From the IMG/VR virus record IMGVR_UViG_3300031836_000398: DNA of 56,783 nt; one strand, given 5' to 3'. The notes under the pieces are model-generated. The model was not told the DNA's origin and did not search any database. It worked only from the letters and a program-made list of their open reading frames with translations. The stretch is from an uncultured virus (IMG/VR IMGVR_UViG_3300031836_000398) (taxonomy: Duplodnaviria; Heunggongvirae; Uroviricota; Caudoviricetes; Herelleviridae). The translations under genes were made by a program, and so were the position numbers. Below are positions 18,129 through 28,490 of the stretch, piece after piece. How positions within the stretch are numbered: the stretch's first letter is position 1; each line of letters opens with the position of its first letter.

Positions 18129-19049
18129 ATGGAGATCGCACATAGCACGGCACCGGTGGGAAATCTAGATCGTCACGCTCGAATCATCGCCGCGTGGCAG
18201 CTGGCACAGGTTTCACCGAGCACACTGTCGTCGTACACGCGAAATCTGTCTCGGTACTGTGCCTGGCTGGATAGCCACGGTTTGGACTTGCTCGACGTCA
18301 AGCGCGTTCACGTTGACGGATACCGTCACGCTCTCGTGGGCGCACCATCGAGTGCCGCGGGTGCTTTGTCCGCGATCTCTAGCTTCTACTCGTACGCGAT
18401 GGCAGAGGATGCTACCGATCGCAATCCTGCCCAGGCGGTTCGACGACCGAAGGTCGACGCTGATCACTCATCGACTCAGGGGCTGGATGTTGACCAGGCT
18501 CGGGCGTTGCTGACAGCAGCTCGAGCGGACGGCAAGCGCTCGTTCGCCCTGGTAAGTCTGCTGCTGTTCACCGGCGTCAGGATCTCCGAGGCGCTGAACG
18601 CGACCGAGGGTGATTATGCGCACGACAGTGGGCACCGTGTGCTGAAGATCACCCGCAAGGGTGGAGCACGCGGGAACGTGGTTGTGCCGGCTCCTGCGGT
18701 GGTGGCATTGAACGATTATTTGGGCACCAGCGGAGAAGAAATCATTCCTCTATATAGGGGTGCAAATACAACGCCTATTTTCACCACCCGCACGGGCTCC
18801 AAATGGCAGCGCTCAGAGGCATTCAGAGCGATCGTCAGACTGTCACGAAAAGCCGGAATCACCGGCACGATCAGTCCTCACAGCCTGAGACACACGTTCG
18901 CAACGATTGCGCTGGCGAATGGGACGTCGCTGCACCATCTGCAAGACAGTATGGGTCACGCTGATCCACGAACGACGCGTCGATACGACCGCTCGCGGAA
19001 CAACTTGGCTAAGTCAGCGGGCTACGACGTAGCCCGAGCGTTGGCGTAG
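18129..19049 (+). CDS. XerC/D-type tyrosine recombinase
   Basis: TGVRISE (R), TRKGG (K), HSLRH, MGH and TTRRY catalytic set; 306 aa with no arm-binding domain. Confidence 0.92.
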   Translation: MEIAHSTAPVGNLDRHARIIAAWQLAQVSPSTLSSYTRNLSRYCAWLDSHGLDLLDVKRVHVDGYRHALVGAPSSAAGALSAISSFYSYAMAEDATDRNPAQAVRRPKVDADHSSTQGLDVDQARALLTAARADGKRSFALVSLLLFTGVRISEALNATEGDYAHDSGHRVLKITRKGGARGNVVVPAPAVVALNDYLGTSGEEIIPLYRGANTTPIFTTRTGSKWQRSEAFRAIVRLSRKAGITGTISPHSLRHTFATIALANGTSLHHLQDSMGHADPRTTRRYDRSRNNLAKSAGYDVARALA

Positions 19050-19445
19050 TTACTGCTTCTCGAAGAAGTCAGTGTCAATGCGCACGCCACGAGTGCCGTT
19101 GATCTCGAAGAACAGATCGCTATCGCCGAGATTGGTGATGTTCGCGCGAGCTTCGTAGACGTCTTTACCGGCCGGGTAGAGGACGAGTTCTTCCATGTCG
19201 GGGCCGGTCTCTTCGATCGCCCAGACGATGTCGTAATCAGGCAACTTGACACCGGCGCTTGCTTCGATGCGCCCGGTGTTGTCGTCGTTGAGGATGATCG
19301 TGTCGCCGTTGCCGTAGCTGACGTACGTGCCTTCATAGCTGGGTGAGCCGCCAACGCACGCCACCAGGCTGGTGAAGACAAACGCGCCGAGAGCAAGGCT
19401 GGCGAGTGTACGTCGCACTGGTGAGGTCTTGGTTGCTGTGTTCAT
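19050..19445 (-). CDS. Putative lipoprotein
   Basis: Basic N-region, hydrophobic core, lipobox LVAC. Confidence 0.7.
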   Translation of the reverse strand: MNTATKTSPVRRTLASLALGAFVFTSLVACVGGSPSYEGTYVSYGNGDTIILNDDNTGRIEASAGVKLPDYDIVWAIEETGPDMEELVLYPAGKDVYEARANITNLGDSDLFFEINGTRGVRIDTDFFEKQ

Positions 19446-19600
19446 ACCTCAAGGCTATCGGTGTTTTTTCCTCATTTGTGAGCATCGGGGCTGTGTCGGG
19501 TTACTGAGTGTGGGGGTGCGGGGTGCTGGCAAGGCAGCGCCGTTTCTCCGGGGCTGCGTGCTGTTTTGGATTGGTGGAGTGTGTAGATAATTCCTGTTTC

Positions 19601-19616
19601 TACTCATGTATGAGTA
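19601..19616. promoter_or_regulatory. 16-bp palindromic box (topoisomerase gene)
   Basis: TACTCATGTATGAGTA; TATACT at 19627-19632. Confidence 0.75.
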
Positions 19617-19690
19617 AAAACATGGTTATACTAAATATACATACTTCCTACCCGTACAAAACCCTTAGACACAGAAAGCGTTGGTAACCG

Positions 19691-21898
19691 ATGACAATCG
19701 CATTGATTGCAGAGAAGCCATCTCAGGCGAAAAACTTCGCTGAAGCCCTTGGTGGCATGAAAGGCACTTATCAGGGTGACGACTACGTCATCGTGAGCGT
19801 GCGTGGGCATCTCTACGAGCTGGTCGACCCATCTCTGATGGTCGATCCCTCGCTGCTGAACAAGTACAAGTCCTGGGAGCTGGAGAATCTACCGTGGAAC
19901 GAGACCGATCTTGACTGGAAGCGCAAGCCCCGCGAAGGAGCAACAGCGCTGCTGAAAGAACTCAAAGTGGCGCTCAGTGCTGTAGACGACATCTGCATTG
20001 GTGTGGATCACGATCCCAGTGGTGAAGGTGACCTGCTCGCGTGGATGGTGCTTGACGAGCTCAAGCTGCACCACAAGAACTTCACCCGCATGGAATTCAC
20101 CGATGAGGCGCCGGCGTCGATCCAGAAGGCATTTGCTGCTCGCCGGCCGATCAAGTCGATGATGAGCGAACCCGCTTATCTGATGGCTGACTTCCGCAAC
20201 CGCTTCGATTTCCTGTCGATGCAATTCACGCGCATTGCAACGAAGGCTGCTGGTCAACGAGCCGTGCTGCGCCAGGGTCGACTGAAGTCGGCGATGCTCG
20301 TGCTCGTGGGCGACCAGCTCAAGGCGTACAACGACTACGTGAAGGTTCCGTTCTTCGAGAACCGATTCAAAGACGAGAACGGTGTTGTGTACAGCAACCC
20401 GAACGAGGCGAACTTTCCCGACCAGGCGTTGGTGCCGAATTCTTATGGCCCCTCGCCAGTCGTGCTCGACAGCTGCACCGACAAGCGCCAGGCACCGCCT
20501 CGGCTTCTCGACCTTGCTGGGTTGTCGTCGATTCTGTCGACGAAGGGCATCAAGGCAGCTCTCGTGCTGAAGACCTACCAGACGATGTACGAAGCGAAGA
20601 TCGTTTCGTACCCCCGTACTGAGGACAAGACCGTCACGAGCGAACAGTTCAACGAGCTGTTGCCATTGATCGACCAGATCGGTGCCGTGGTCGGCGCAGA
20701 CACGAGCCTGTTGACGCAGCGCACGCCGCGCAAGACTCACGTCAAGAACAGCGGCGCTCACGGTGCAAACCGTCCAGGGCCAGTTGTTCCGGTATCGCTG
20801 GATGCGCTCAAGGCGAAGTACGGCCCCGCCGCACCTCTTATCTACGAGACCCTGGCGAAGAACTACCTCGCAATGCTCGCTGAGGACTACCTCTACGAGC
20901 GTCAAGAGGGTCACGTCGAGAAGTACCCGACCTTCAAGGGTGCGGTCAACGTACCCAAGTCGCTGGGTTACAAGGCTGTGTTCAACGCAGCCGACGACGG
21001 TGACGACGACGAGAACACCGCAGGACTGGGCACCAACGCTGACCCGTTCGTGCATGAGGGCGTCAACAAGCGCCCGGAGCACCCGTCGATGAAGTGGCTC
21101 ATGAAGCAGTTGGAAAAGCGCGATGTGGGTACCGGTGCAACCCGCACCAGCACCTTCGCTGACGTGACCAACGAGAAGACCAAGTTCCCGCTGCTCAGCG
21201 AGACGCGGGGAAAGATCACGATGAGCGAATTCGGAGACATGGGTTACCTCATGCTCCCCGGTACGCGCATCGGTGACCTGGGAACGACCGAGTTCGTCCA
21301 AGCCGAGATGAAGGCTGTGGCAGCTGGCACAAAGACCGCCGATGAGGCACTCACGATCGTCGCGGAATGGGTTCGCGACGACATCAAGACAATGCAAACA
21401 AACGCAGCAGCAATGAGAAAGGAACTCAACGTGGCTGAGATCAAGACGAAGGAAAAGTTTCAGGGCCCGTGGTCGAAGAATGGCGAAGTAGTCAGCTTCA
21501 ACCGCGAGTGGGGCGCCAACGATCACTGGGGCGGACACCGCTTCGATGACGCCGAGTGCCAGAAGCTGCTCAGTGGGGCAGTGGTGTCATTCGACGCCGT
21601 CTCGAAGAAGAACAGCCCGTACACCGCGGTGGGCACGCTGGAAACCGGCGTGTTCAACGAACGCGAGTTCATCGGCTTCAAGCTCGACTTCGACAAGCAC
21701 GACCCGACAGCGTCGCCGGTGCCCAAGATCTTCCTGGGTCACACCTTCACCGATGACGAGCGTAAGGAGCTCGAAGGTGGTCAGAAGGTTCCCGTAGCGG
21801 GCTTGCGCTCGAGGAAGGGCAACGTCTTCAGCGCCACCATTTCGGTCGGCATCAAGGACGGCGAGACACGCGAATGCCTGATCCTCGAGTTCGGCTAG
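19691..21898 (+). CDS. Type IA DNA topoisomerase (plasmid TopB/TraE-like)
   Basis: IAEKPS, VRGH, DHDPSGEG (TOPRIM), QGRLKS, VSYPRTE (catalytic Tyr), GTGATR; C-terminal repeats. Confidence 0.93.
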   Translation: MTIALIAEKPSQAKNFAEALGGMKGTYQGDDYVIVSVRGHLYELVDPSLMVDPSLLNKYKSWELENLPWNETDLDWKRKPREGATALLKELKVALSAVDDICIGVDHDPSGEGDLLAWMVLDELKLHHKNFTRMEFTDEAPASIQKAFAARRPIKSMMSEPAYLMADFRNRFDFLSMQFTRIATKAAGQRAVLRQGRLKSAMLVLVGDQLKAYNDYVKVPFFENRFKDENGVVYSNPNEANFPDQALVPNSYGPSPVVLDSCTDKRQAPPRLLDLAGLSSILSTKGIKAALVLKTYQTMYEAKIVSYPRTEDKTVTSEQFNELLPLIDQIGAVVGADTSLLTQRTPRKTHVKNSGAHGANRPGPVVPVSLDALKAKYGPAAPLIYETLAKNYLAMLAEDYLYERQEGHVEKYPTFKGAVNVPKSLGYKAVFNAADDGDDDENTAGLGTNADPFVHEGVNKRPEHPSMKWLMKQLEKRDVGTGATRTSTFADVTNEKTKFPLLSETRGKITMSEFGDMGYLMLPGTRIGDLGTTEFVQAEMKAVAAGTKTADEALTIVAEWVRDDIKTMQTNAAAMRKELNVAEIKTKEKFQGPWSKNGEVVSFNREWGANDHWGGHRFDDAECQKLLSGAVVSFDAVSKKNSPYTAVGTLETGVFNEREFIGFKLDFDKHDPTASPVPKIFLGHTFTDDERKELEGGQKVPVAGLRSRKGNVFSATISVGIKDGETRECLILEFG

Positions 21899-21922
21899 AC
21901 CGGAAACGACCTAGCAACGTCA

Positions 21923-21958
21923 GGTAAGAGGTTGGTTCATTCGAGCCAACCTCTTACC
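21923..21958 (+). terminator. Hairpin downstream of the topoisomerase gene
   Basis: GGTAAGAGGTTGGTTC-ATTC-GAGCCAACCTCTTACC. Confidence 0.6.
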
Positions 21959-22012
21959 GCTTAGACGCCCATAAATCCCTTCACGCGACCCTCAGAAAGA
22001 ACGGAGCACTCG

Positions 22013-22882
22013 GTGCCCAAGAATGCTTACAAGATCCCGTCATCCATCAACCGCTCGTTTCTCGATCACGAGATCGGGCTCTCCGGGGGTGGCTTCCAAG
22101 CTAAGCCGGTTCCCATCAAGGTGATGCTTTTTTGGGCGGCGTCGATCCTGGGGTTGTTCTGGTTCGCCTCCAGCACGTTCGTGTCAAAGGCCAACTGGGG
22201 TTTGATCGCACTGGTCGTGATCTGGTGGCTGGTTGCCACCGCGTTCCTGGGGCAATACTCCAAGACCAAAGAGATGAAGTTCATGAGCGTTCCATCGCTG
22301 TTGAACTACATCCCGACATCAGCGCGACGAGTGGTCGCGCGCAGCTCGGCAGATCCGAGCGGCTTCTACTCGGTGGTTGGCATTGACACCATCAGCGATG
22401 ACGGTGTCATCAACTACTCCGACGGCACGGTGGGCCGGGAATATCTGGTCGTGGGTTCGGCGTCGATCCTGTTGTTTGATGACGATCGCAAAGCGATTCT
22501 CAATCGAGTGGACTCGTTCTGGCGCAAGATCGACACCTCGTGCGAGTTCACCGTGATGACCACCAAGGAGCCCCAACGGGTGTACCACCAGATTGCGAAC
22601 TTGGAGCGTCGCAATCTTGCGTTAGAAACGCGAGATCCTGACCTCAAGGAGCTCATGGATGAGCAGTACGAGATTCTGCACGATCACGTTGGAGATCAAT
22701 TCAAGTCGATCCACCAGTACCTGCTTCTCAAGGGAGACACCGCCGATGCTCTGCGTCGCGGACAGATGGTGCTGCAGAGCGAGGTCGAGAGTTCATCGCT
22801 GATGATCAAGGGCTGTGCGCAGCTCAACGGCCCCGAAGTGCTGGAGATGCTCTCGGTGTTCTATCGAGGCAAACAGAGCTGA
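22013..22882 (+). CDS. Conjugation-associated membrane protein (two TM plus cytoplasmic domain)
   Basis: Two N-terminal hydrophobic helices; first gene of the T4SS-like block, ahead of the VirB4-like gene. Role inferred from context. Confidence 0.55.
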   Translation: MPKNAYKIPSSINRSFLDHEIGLSGGGFQAKPVPIKVMLFWAASILGLFWFASSTFVSKANWGLIALVVIWWLVATAFLGQYSKTKEMKFMSVPSLLNYIPTSARRVVARSSADPSGFYSVVGIDTISDDGVINYSDGTVGREYLVVGSASILLFDDDRKAILNRVDSFWRKIDTSCEFTVMTTKEPQRVYHQIANLERRNLALETRDPDLKELMDEQYEILHDHVGDQFKSIHQYLLLKGDTADALRRGQMVLQSEVESSSLMIKGCAQLNGPEVLEMLSVFYRGKQS

Positions 22883-22900
22883 CTCGCAGCGCGTGTATGC

Positions 22901-22940
22901 AACAACCCCGACATGGATTCCGTGCCGGGGTTGTTCTTTT
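22901..22940 (+). terminator. Intrinsic terminator
   Basis: AACAACCCCG...CGGGGTTGTT followed by CTTTT. Confidence 0.7.
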
Positions 22941-22964
22941 ATGTGCGTTGAAATACGCCAAATC

Positions 22965-22980
22965 TACTCAAACATCAGCG
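22965..22980. promoter_or_regulatory. 16-bp palindromic box (virB4-like gene)
   Basis: TACTCAAACATCAGCG. Confidence 0.65.
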
Positions 22981-23065
22981 TATTCGTGCTCTTTGAGACA
23001 CGTCTACTGTAGTATTGAAAGTGGGTTGTATAAACCTACATAGATTCTTAGACCGGAAGGAATGA

Positions 23066-25240
23066 TTGGACATGAGCACACGAGCCAGCACTCGATTGCG
23101 ACGCACAGCCGCCAACGCGACCCCTGTGCCCAGCGAGCCAATAGAGCCTGCCGAGGTCAACGCTTTTACCGCAGCCCTTGCTGGGCTGAACGCTGCAGAT
23201 GCAGCGGTTGCTGCCGAGGCAGGAACTGAAGAGAACCCTCGACGCCTCACCCGCCAGGAACGCAAGGCTGCTAAGCAGCTGGAGGGTTCGTTCCAACAGC
23301 ACCCGCACCTTTTGGCGCTGAAGCCGAAGGAAAAGTACGTGTTCCGCTCGGACTTCTTCGAGGTCGATGACAGCTACGTCGCGTGCGTACTGGGCTTCTT
23401 CCACGATGAGGGCGCTCACGACGATTTCGGCGCGTTCTGGGGCATAAACCGCATCCCGGGCAACCTCGAAGACGGTGTGACCGTGGTTGTGATGGAGCAG
23501 GTGCGTCGCATGAGCGAAAAGTGGATTGACGACAACCTCAAGGTGTCGGAACGACTGGACAAGCTCGAAGAGGGCGAACAGTCCCAGTCGGGCACCATGC
23601 GTTCACGTCGTCGTGCCGCCAAGGTTGCCGATGACATGACGGTTATCGCCGGTGAGATCCAGGACGGTGCAAGCTACTTGCACGTTCACAATCGCCTGCT
23701 GATCAAGGCACCCAACGTCGAGGCGTTGGACGCGAGCATTGAGAAGATCGCACGGCTCTACATTGACCGGTTTACTACCGTGACAGTGGCGGCTTACCCC
23801 GGTGAGCAGCGCCAGGAGATGAGCAAGCTCATGTCCAAGAACGACAAGAAGCGCGGCAAGGGATTCCACTTCACTTCGGTGGAGTTCGCCGGCTCGCACT
23901 CACTGGTCACCAACGGCCTCAACGATCCCGCAGGGGAGTACGTCGGCTACATGGTTGGTGACGTCAACAACAGCGCTGTGGTGTTCGATGTGAACGACTA
24001 CAAGCACCACGTTGTGGTTGCAGACAGCAACATCAATGACTTCCTCGGTCGCTCGCATGTCTCCGACATGTGGGGATCGAAGATCAGCCAGTCGGCAATG
24101 TTGAACAACGGAAAGGTTGTTCACCTAGTCCTCAACGGGGCCGACCTGAACAAGTTGGGCCCGGAGTTTTCCGGTCTCAGCTCACGCGTAGACCTCAGCA
24201 CCGGTGACGTGAATATGCTCGAGCTGTTCGGTGACAAAGATGACGAACTCGGCATCTTCTCCGCTCACATGCAGAAGCTCGTGCTGATGGCTGAGCAGGC
24301 GTACGAGCCGACGGATAACGATCGCTCGATCATCCGAGGCGAGCTCGAAAAGACGGCCACACGCTTCTACGTTGACGAGCGCATGTGGTACCTCAATGCC
24401 AAGGAAAACCGCGATCGACTGCGTCTCGTGGATCTCCCGCATGACCAGGTGCCGCGGCTGCAGAAGTTCGTGACGTACCTCGACACTCAGTACAAGTCTC
24501 TGGCCAACGGCACGACCAACGACCAGGGAATGATCCAGGCGTACTCAATCCTGTCGTCCGTCTTTCAGAACCTGCTGAGCAACAACGGTGACCTCTTCAA
24601 CACCCACACGAGCCCTGCTGTGGACGGGGTTCGTGACTCGCGCCGAGTTGTTTACGACTTCAGCAAGCTGATGCGTCGCGGCAAGGGTATTGCGATGGCA
24701 CAACTGGTGAACATCATCAGTTTTGCCGTGGGAAACATCGGTCTCAACGACACGGTGGTCATCCACGGCACCGAGAACATCGACGCTGGTGTAAAACCCT
24801 TCATCGAGAGCCAGTTCGCACAACTCTTTGCTCGGGGCGGCCGCGTGGCGTACCTGTACGACGACGTGGACAAGATGCTCGCGGACACAGAGTTCAACCG
24901 CTTCGATGCTGCTGACTACACAGTTCTGGGCTCACTGCGTGAGAGCGCTGTGCAGCTGTACCAGAAGAAGTTGGCACGCGAGATCCCACCCGACCTCGAG
25001 GGTTTGATCACGCAGCACAACGAAGGATTCTCCTACCTGCGACGAGGGGTTACCAACGTCGTGTTCTTCACGGAACTGGCGCTGGGCGTTGACCCGAATC
25101 GGTCAAGCCATCGCGAGAAGGCATCGCTGGTGAGGCAGGCGCAGCACTCAGCGCGACAAACCCGTTCTCGGGCCAATCAGCGTCGACCAGGCAGCGACGA
25201 GACACGCGGAAAGGTTTTGGGCGCTTCGCCCGCTAGGTAG
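23066..25240 (+). CDS. VirB4-like conjugation protein with degenerate ATPase motifs
   Basis: Size, position and layout (GEYVG...VVFD...HVVV; VNMLE; RRVVYDFSKL) resemble Gram-positive VirB4, but no GxxxxGK[ST] or hhhhDE motif is present. Confidence 0.55.
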   Translation: MDMSTRASTRLRRTAANATPVPSEPIEPAEVNAFTAALAGLNAADAAVAAEAGTEENPRRLTRQERKAAKQLEGSFQQHPHLLALKPKEKYVFRSDFFEVDDSYVACVLGFFHDEGAHDDFGAFWGINRIPGNLEDGVTVVVMEQVRRMSEKWIDDNLKVSERLDKLEEGEQSQSGTMRSRRRAAKVADDMTVIAGEIQDGASYLHVHNRLLIKAPNVEALDASIEKIARLYIDRFTTVTVAAYPGEQRQEMSKLMSKNDKKRGKGFHFTSVEFAGSHSLVTNGLNDPAGEYVGYMVGDVNNSAVVFDVNDYKHHVVVADSNINDFLGRSHVSDMWGSKISQSAMLNNGKVVHLVLNGADLNKLGPEFSGLSSRVDLSTGDVNMLELFGDKDDELGIFSAHMQKLVLMAEQAYEPTDNDRSIIRGELEKTATRFYVDERMWYLNAKENRDRLRLVDLPHDQVPRLQKFVTYLDTQYKSLANGTTNDQGMIQAYSILSSVFQNLLSNNGDLFNTHTSPAVDGVRDSRRVVYDFSKLMRRGKGIAMAQLVNIISFAVGNIGLNDTVVIHGTENIDAGVKPFIESQFAQLFARGGRVAYLYDDVDKMLADTEFNRFDAADYTVLGSLRESAVQLYQKKLAREIPPDLEGLITQHNEGFSYLRRGVTNVVFFTELALGVDPNRSSHREKASLVRQAQHSARQTRSRANQRRPGSDETRGKVLGASPAR

Positions 25241-25252
25241 CTCACGACATGA

Positions 25253-28200
25253 ATGACGAATGGAAACGGAACTATGACAACTGCGATTTCGCGTAAGCCC
25301 TCAGGGCAGAAAAGGCTCCGGGGCGCGCGCCCGGGTTATTTCAAACGTCTACTGGCAGCAGTGCTGATGACGATGATGCTCAGCGGCGGAATGCTGGCTA
25401 CGGCGAGCCCCGCCACAGCTGCAGGCGAGTGCTCCGGGAACGATGAGAAGTCGTGCTCGGATAATTTCTCGTTTTATAAGCTGTCGAGCTCGTTGTCGGC
25501 ACACTTCTCGAACGCCCAGTCGCCGTCTGCGAACGCTCCTGACCTGAAGCAAACGTGGGACAACGTGACCACACACGCCGCCAATGGTGGCGCTCTGTTG
25601 GGTTACGTCGACCAGGACTTCAGCATTTCCTTCGACTACTTCACCTCACAGGTTTCGGGCAGCTCGGCAGCAGTCGGCTACGGAACATTGACCGAGGGCC
25701 AGCAGCAGTGGGGCAACGGTAACGACGTGGGCGGATCCTCGTCGTATCGCGGTCTGATCGACTACGCCCACTACGGCGCAGCGCTGAGCGGACTGGGCCT
25801 TGACAGTATGGGCACAGAGCTGTCGCTGAATTTCGGCTCGCTCATCGGCGGTGGGTTGATGATGTTGACGTATTCCCTTACCGGTAGCGTTGACGCGCTA
25901 TTCGTGGGAATGATCAACGCTTTGCAGTTCCTCAACCCGTTCACGTTCTTCTACGATGGCGTCAAGGCGGTCACCCCTGAGTTTGCTGAGGGCATGACCG
26001 GTGGAGAAACCCCGCCCGGCGCGATGGGTGATCTGGCCGCGTGGATTGGTGACTGGTACCAGGCGCTGAATGAGATCGCGTGGACGATTATCATCCCGCT
26101 GTTCGTTGCCACGTTGCTGTTGGCGATGTTGTTGATGAAGCGGATGGATCGCGGTTCGGCACTGAAGAAGCTTGTTGTGCGAGTGCTGTTTATCGGCCTT
26201 GGACTTCCTCTGTTGGGTTCGATGTACACCGCGTCATTGAGCCAGGTCGGCACGATTGCCGAAGGCGGTTCCTCTGGGTCAACTCAGGTCGTGCTGAGCA
26301 CCTACGTGGACTTCGAGAGCTGGGCACTTCAACAGCGTCTAGCTGTGCCAGAGGACGGTGTGATCGAGTGGAATGCAGGCGAGGGACAACCCGCGGCAAA
26401 CTCCTTCGCGAACACCCGCGCTACCACCCTGGCAATCAATCGCATGAGCAACCCTGTGTGGGCGAATGTGGTCTCCGGGGCGGGCGTGTCTGATGCCAGC
26501 TCAAGTTGGGCCGAGGCGGCACTAGCCGACAAGGATGAAGCCAACGGAGGTCTCGCGGCATACACCGCGACGATGGATCTTCTGGGCCGCTACGTTCTTT
26601 CCAAGAAGGTTTCCGCGGCTACTTTTGAGACGGCAGTTGCCGGCTCAATTAGTGGAACCCTGGCCTCGGGCGACGAGAGCATGCGAGAGGAAGCAAACGC
26701 TTGGTTCACCGAGTTCAACACGAACGCGGCAGTGGAGAAGATTACCGAGGAAGAGAACTCCCGAGCTGTGACCAACAACTCGTTGATCAGCGTTTCCGGA
26801 ACCTCGAGCTCGTCCAACGTTGGTTTGTACGCGACCTCGTCAGGCACGGCGTCGAACGGAATCAAGAAGTTCTTCAGCGAACGGGTTGACGTAAACAACC
26901 CGTGCGGCAGCGACGTCTCACGAGCTAACGGTGACCCCATTGGTTGCAACCTGAGCGCCTTGTCGATGTACAACTACTTGAACACCAGCTTCGGTTCTGA
27001 CTCGATGACGATGTACTCGTCACAGAAGGCAACCTCGGGCGCTTCGCGCGAGCTGCACAACACTGTCTCGCAATCAGGCAACGGAATCATGAAGTTCATC
27101 TACTGGTCGAACTCGATGGCCCTGCTGCTGTCGTTTGTCGTCATTGGCTTTGGCTACGCCCTGTCGATGCTGTTCTCGAACATGCGTCACGGTTTCGGTT
27201 TGATCGGTGCAATTCCGTTTGCAACGGTCGGATCGCTGGCGGCTATTTCCAAGGTGATTATCTACAGCATCGTGATGGTTCTTGAGATCATCGCGACCGT
27301 GTTCCTGTACAAGTTCGTGCAAACGTTCTTGATCTCGTTGCCGAAGATCATCGAGATGCCATTTATCGTGGCACTGAACGACCCCGAGACTCCTGAGGCG
27401 ATTCGCCAGATGGTGCTGGCTTACTTGCCTGCAATGATGGGCACGCTGTCGACGATCGCACTGATCGTCTTCACTGTGATGGCCTTGAAGGTGCGTAAGT
27501 CGGTCGTGAAGTCGATGAACGAAGCAGCGACGAAGATCGTTGACAAGTTTGTGGGGACTGAGACAGCGGCTCCTGCTGGCGGTAAAGCGATGGCTGCGAT
27601 GGCTGGCGCTGGCGCTGGTATGGCCGGTTCCGCATTGATGAACCGCAAGGGTGGCGGCGGCGGCGCTGCAAAGAAGGGTGCCGAGGCAGCCGAAAACGTC
27701 GGCCCAGCGGCGGCTGCAGCTGCAGCTGGTTCGAGTGATGGTTCTGGATCCTCAGGCGGATCAACGACGCCTGGCGGCGGTGGCGACAAGGGAACACCTC
27801 TTGGCGCACTACCCTCGGGTGGCTCAGCGTCTGAAGCGGGTGCTTTGACGGGTGGTAGCCGAACGGTTGACCAGCCGTTGGCTCAGTCCGTGGTCAAGCG
27901 GGGCGGATTGTCCGAACCGCAGGCACTGCCTTCGCGCGGCCCTCGTGCGGCTCTCGGTGCAGGTAGCACCGGAAAGAGCGGCAGCAACAGTGGCAGCAAC
28001 AGTGGCAGCAACAGTGGCAGCACTGTTCCGCCTCGAGTCAACCGCGTCCCGGCCAAGCCCGCTGCTGGGGCTCCCTCGACGGTCACGGTCAATGAAGCGG
28101 CTACGCCGAAGCAGAAGCCACAGACCACGACGTTGCGCGAGGTGCCTATGTCGGCACCGAAGCCGCAACAGGTGAAGGTAAAGCAGGTTCCGGTTGCAAC

Positions 28201-28273
28201 GCCCAAGCCAGAGACGGTGACGGTGAAGCCACCGAGGGCGCCCAAGCGCAAGCTGAACATCAAGGACTCGTAG
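25253..28273 (+). CDS. Polytopic membrane protein, VirB6/TrbL-like
   Basis: Signal peptide, multiple TM segments and a long Gly/Ser/Ala/Pro low-complexity tail. Confidence 0.65.
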   Translation: MTNGNGTMTTAISRKPSGQKRLRGARPGYFKRLLAAVLMTMMLSGGMLATASPATAAGECSGNDEKSCSDNFSFYKLSSSLSAHFSNAQSPSANAPDLKQTWDNVTTHAANGGALLGYVDQDFSISFDYFTSQVSGSSAAVGYGTLTEGQQQWGNGNDVGGSSSYRGLIDYAHYGAALSGLGLDSMGTELSLNFGSLIGGGLMMLTYSLTGSVDALFVGMINALQFLNPFTFFYDGVKAVTPEFAEGMTGGETPPGAMGDLAAWIGDWYQALNEIAWTIIIPLFVATLLLAMLLMKRMDRGSALKKLVVRVLFIGLGLPLLGSMYTASLSQVGTIAEGGSSGSTQVVLSTYVDFESWALQQRLAVPEDGVIEWNAGEGQPAANSFANTRATTLAINRMSNPVWANVVSGAGVSDASSSWAEAALADKDEANGGLAAYTATMDLLGRYVLSKKVSAATFETAVAGSISGTLASGDESMREEANAWFTEFNTNAAVEKITEEENSRAVTNNSLISVSGTSSSSNVGLYATSSGTASNGIKKFFSERVDVNNPCGSDVSRANGDPIGCNLSALSMYNYLNTSFGSDSMTMYSSQKATSGASRELHNTVSQSGNGIMKFIYWSNSMALLLSFVVIGFGYALSMLFSNMRHGFGLIGAIPFATVGSLAAISKVIIYSIVMVLEIIATVFLYKFVQTFLISLPKIIEMPFIVALNDPETPEAIRQMVLAYLPAMMGTLSTIALIVFTVMALKVRKSVVKSMNEAATKIVDKFVGTETAAPAGGKAMAAMAGAGAGMAGSALMNRKGGGGGAAKKGAEAAENVGPAAAAAAAGSSDGSGSSGGSTTPGGGGDKGTPLGALPSGGSASEAGALTGGSRTVDQPLAQSVVKRGGLSEPQALPSRGPRAALGAGSTGKSGSNSGSNSGSNSGSTVPPRVNRVPAKPAAGAPSTVTVNEAATPKQKPQTTTLREVPMSAPKPQQVKVKQVPVATPKPETVTVKPPRAPKRKLNIKDS
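27980..28022 (+). repeat. 12-bp tandem repeat GGCAGCAACAGT (about 3.6 copies)
   Basis: In frame; encodes GSNS repeats. Confidence 0.9.
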
Positions 28274-28296
28274 GGGGAGCTGCGAGTAAGTAGGCC

Positions 28297-28332
28297 AAAA
28301 GCCGCGTATGGGGAAACCGATACGCGGCTTTT
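28297..28332 (+). terminator. Intrinsic terminator
   Basis: AAAAGCCGCGTAT...ATACGCGGCTTTT. Confidence 0.75.
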
Positions 28333-28358
28333 GCATTGACGGGCATATCTGCCGGATA

Positions 28359-28374
28359 TGCTGATATTCGAGTA
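28359..28374. promoter_or_regulatory. 16-bp palindromic box (pilin-like gene)
   Basis: TGCTGATATTCGAGTA. Confidence 0.7.
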
Positions 28375-28490
28375 AAAAAGTAACGAACCAGACTTGCCCA
28401 TGTCTCTATCTATAAGTACTATTGTGCGTGAGGGTGTGACGTTTACTCCCCACAAACATTCAAAAACGAACACTTATATAGGAGGAAACC

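Noticed and set aside
19889..21538. 549-aa minus-strand ORF, and similar long antisense ORFs within the helicase, relaxase, virD4 and RNAP genes
   Set aside because: Antisense shadows of GC-biased coding genes, with no motifs or RBS.
27980..28022. 12-bp tandem repeat as a phase-variation switch
   Set aside because: The unit length is a multiple of 3 in a low-complexity tail, so copy changes would not shift the frame.
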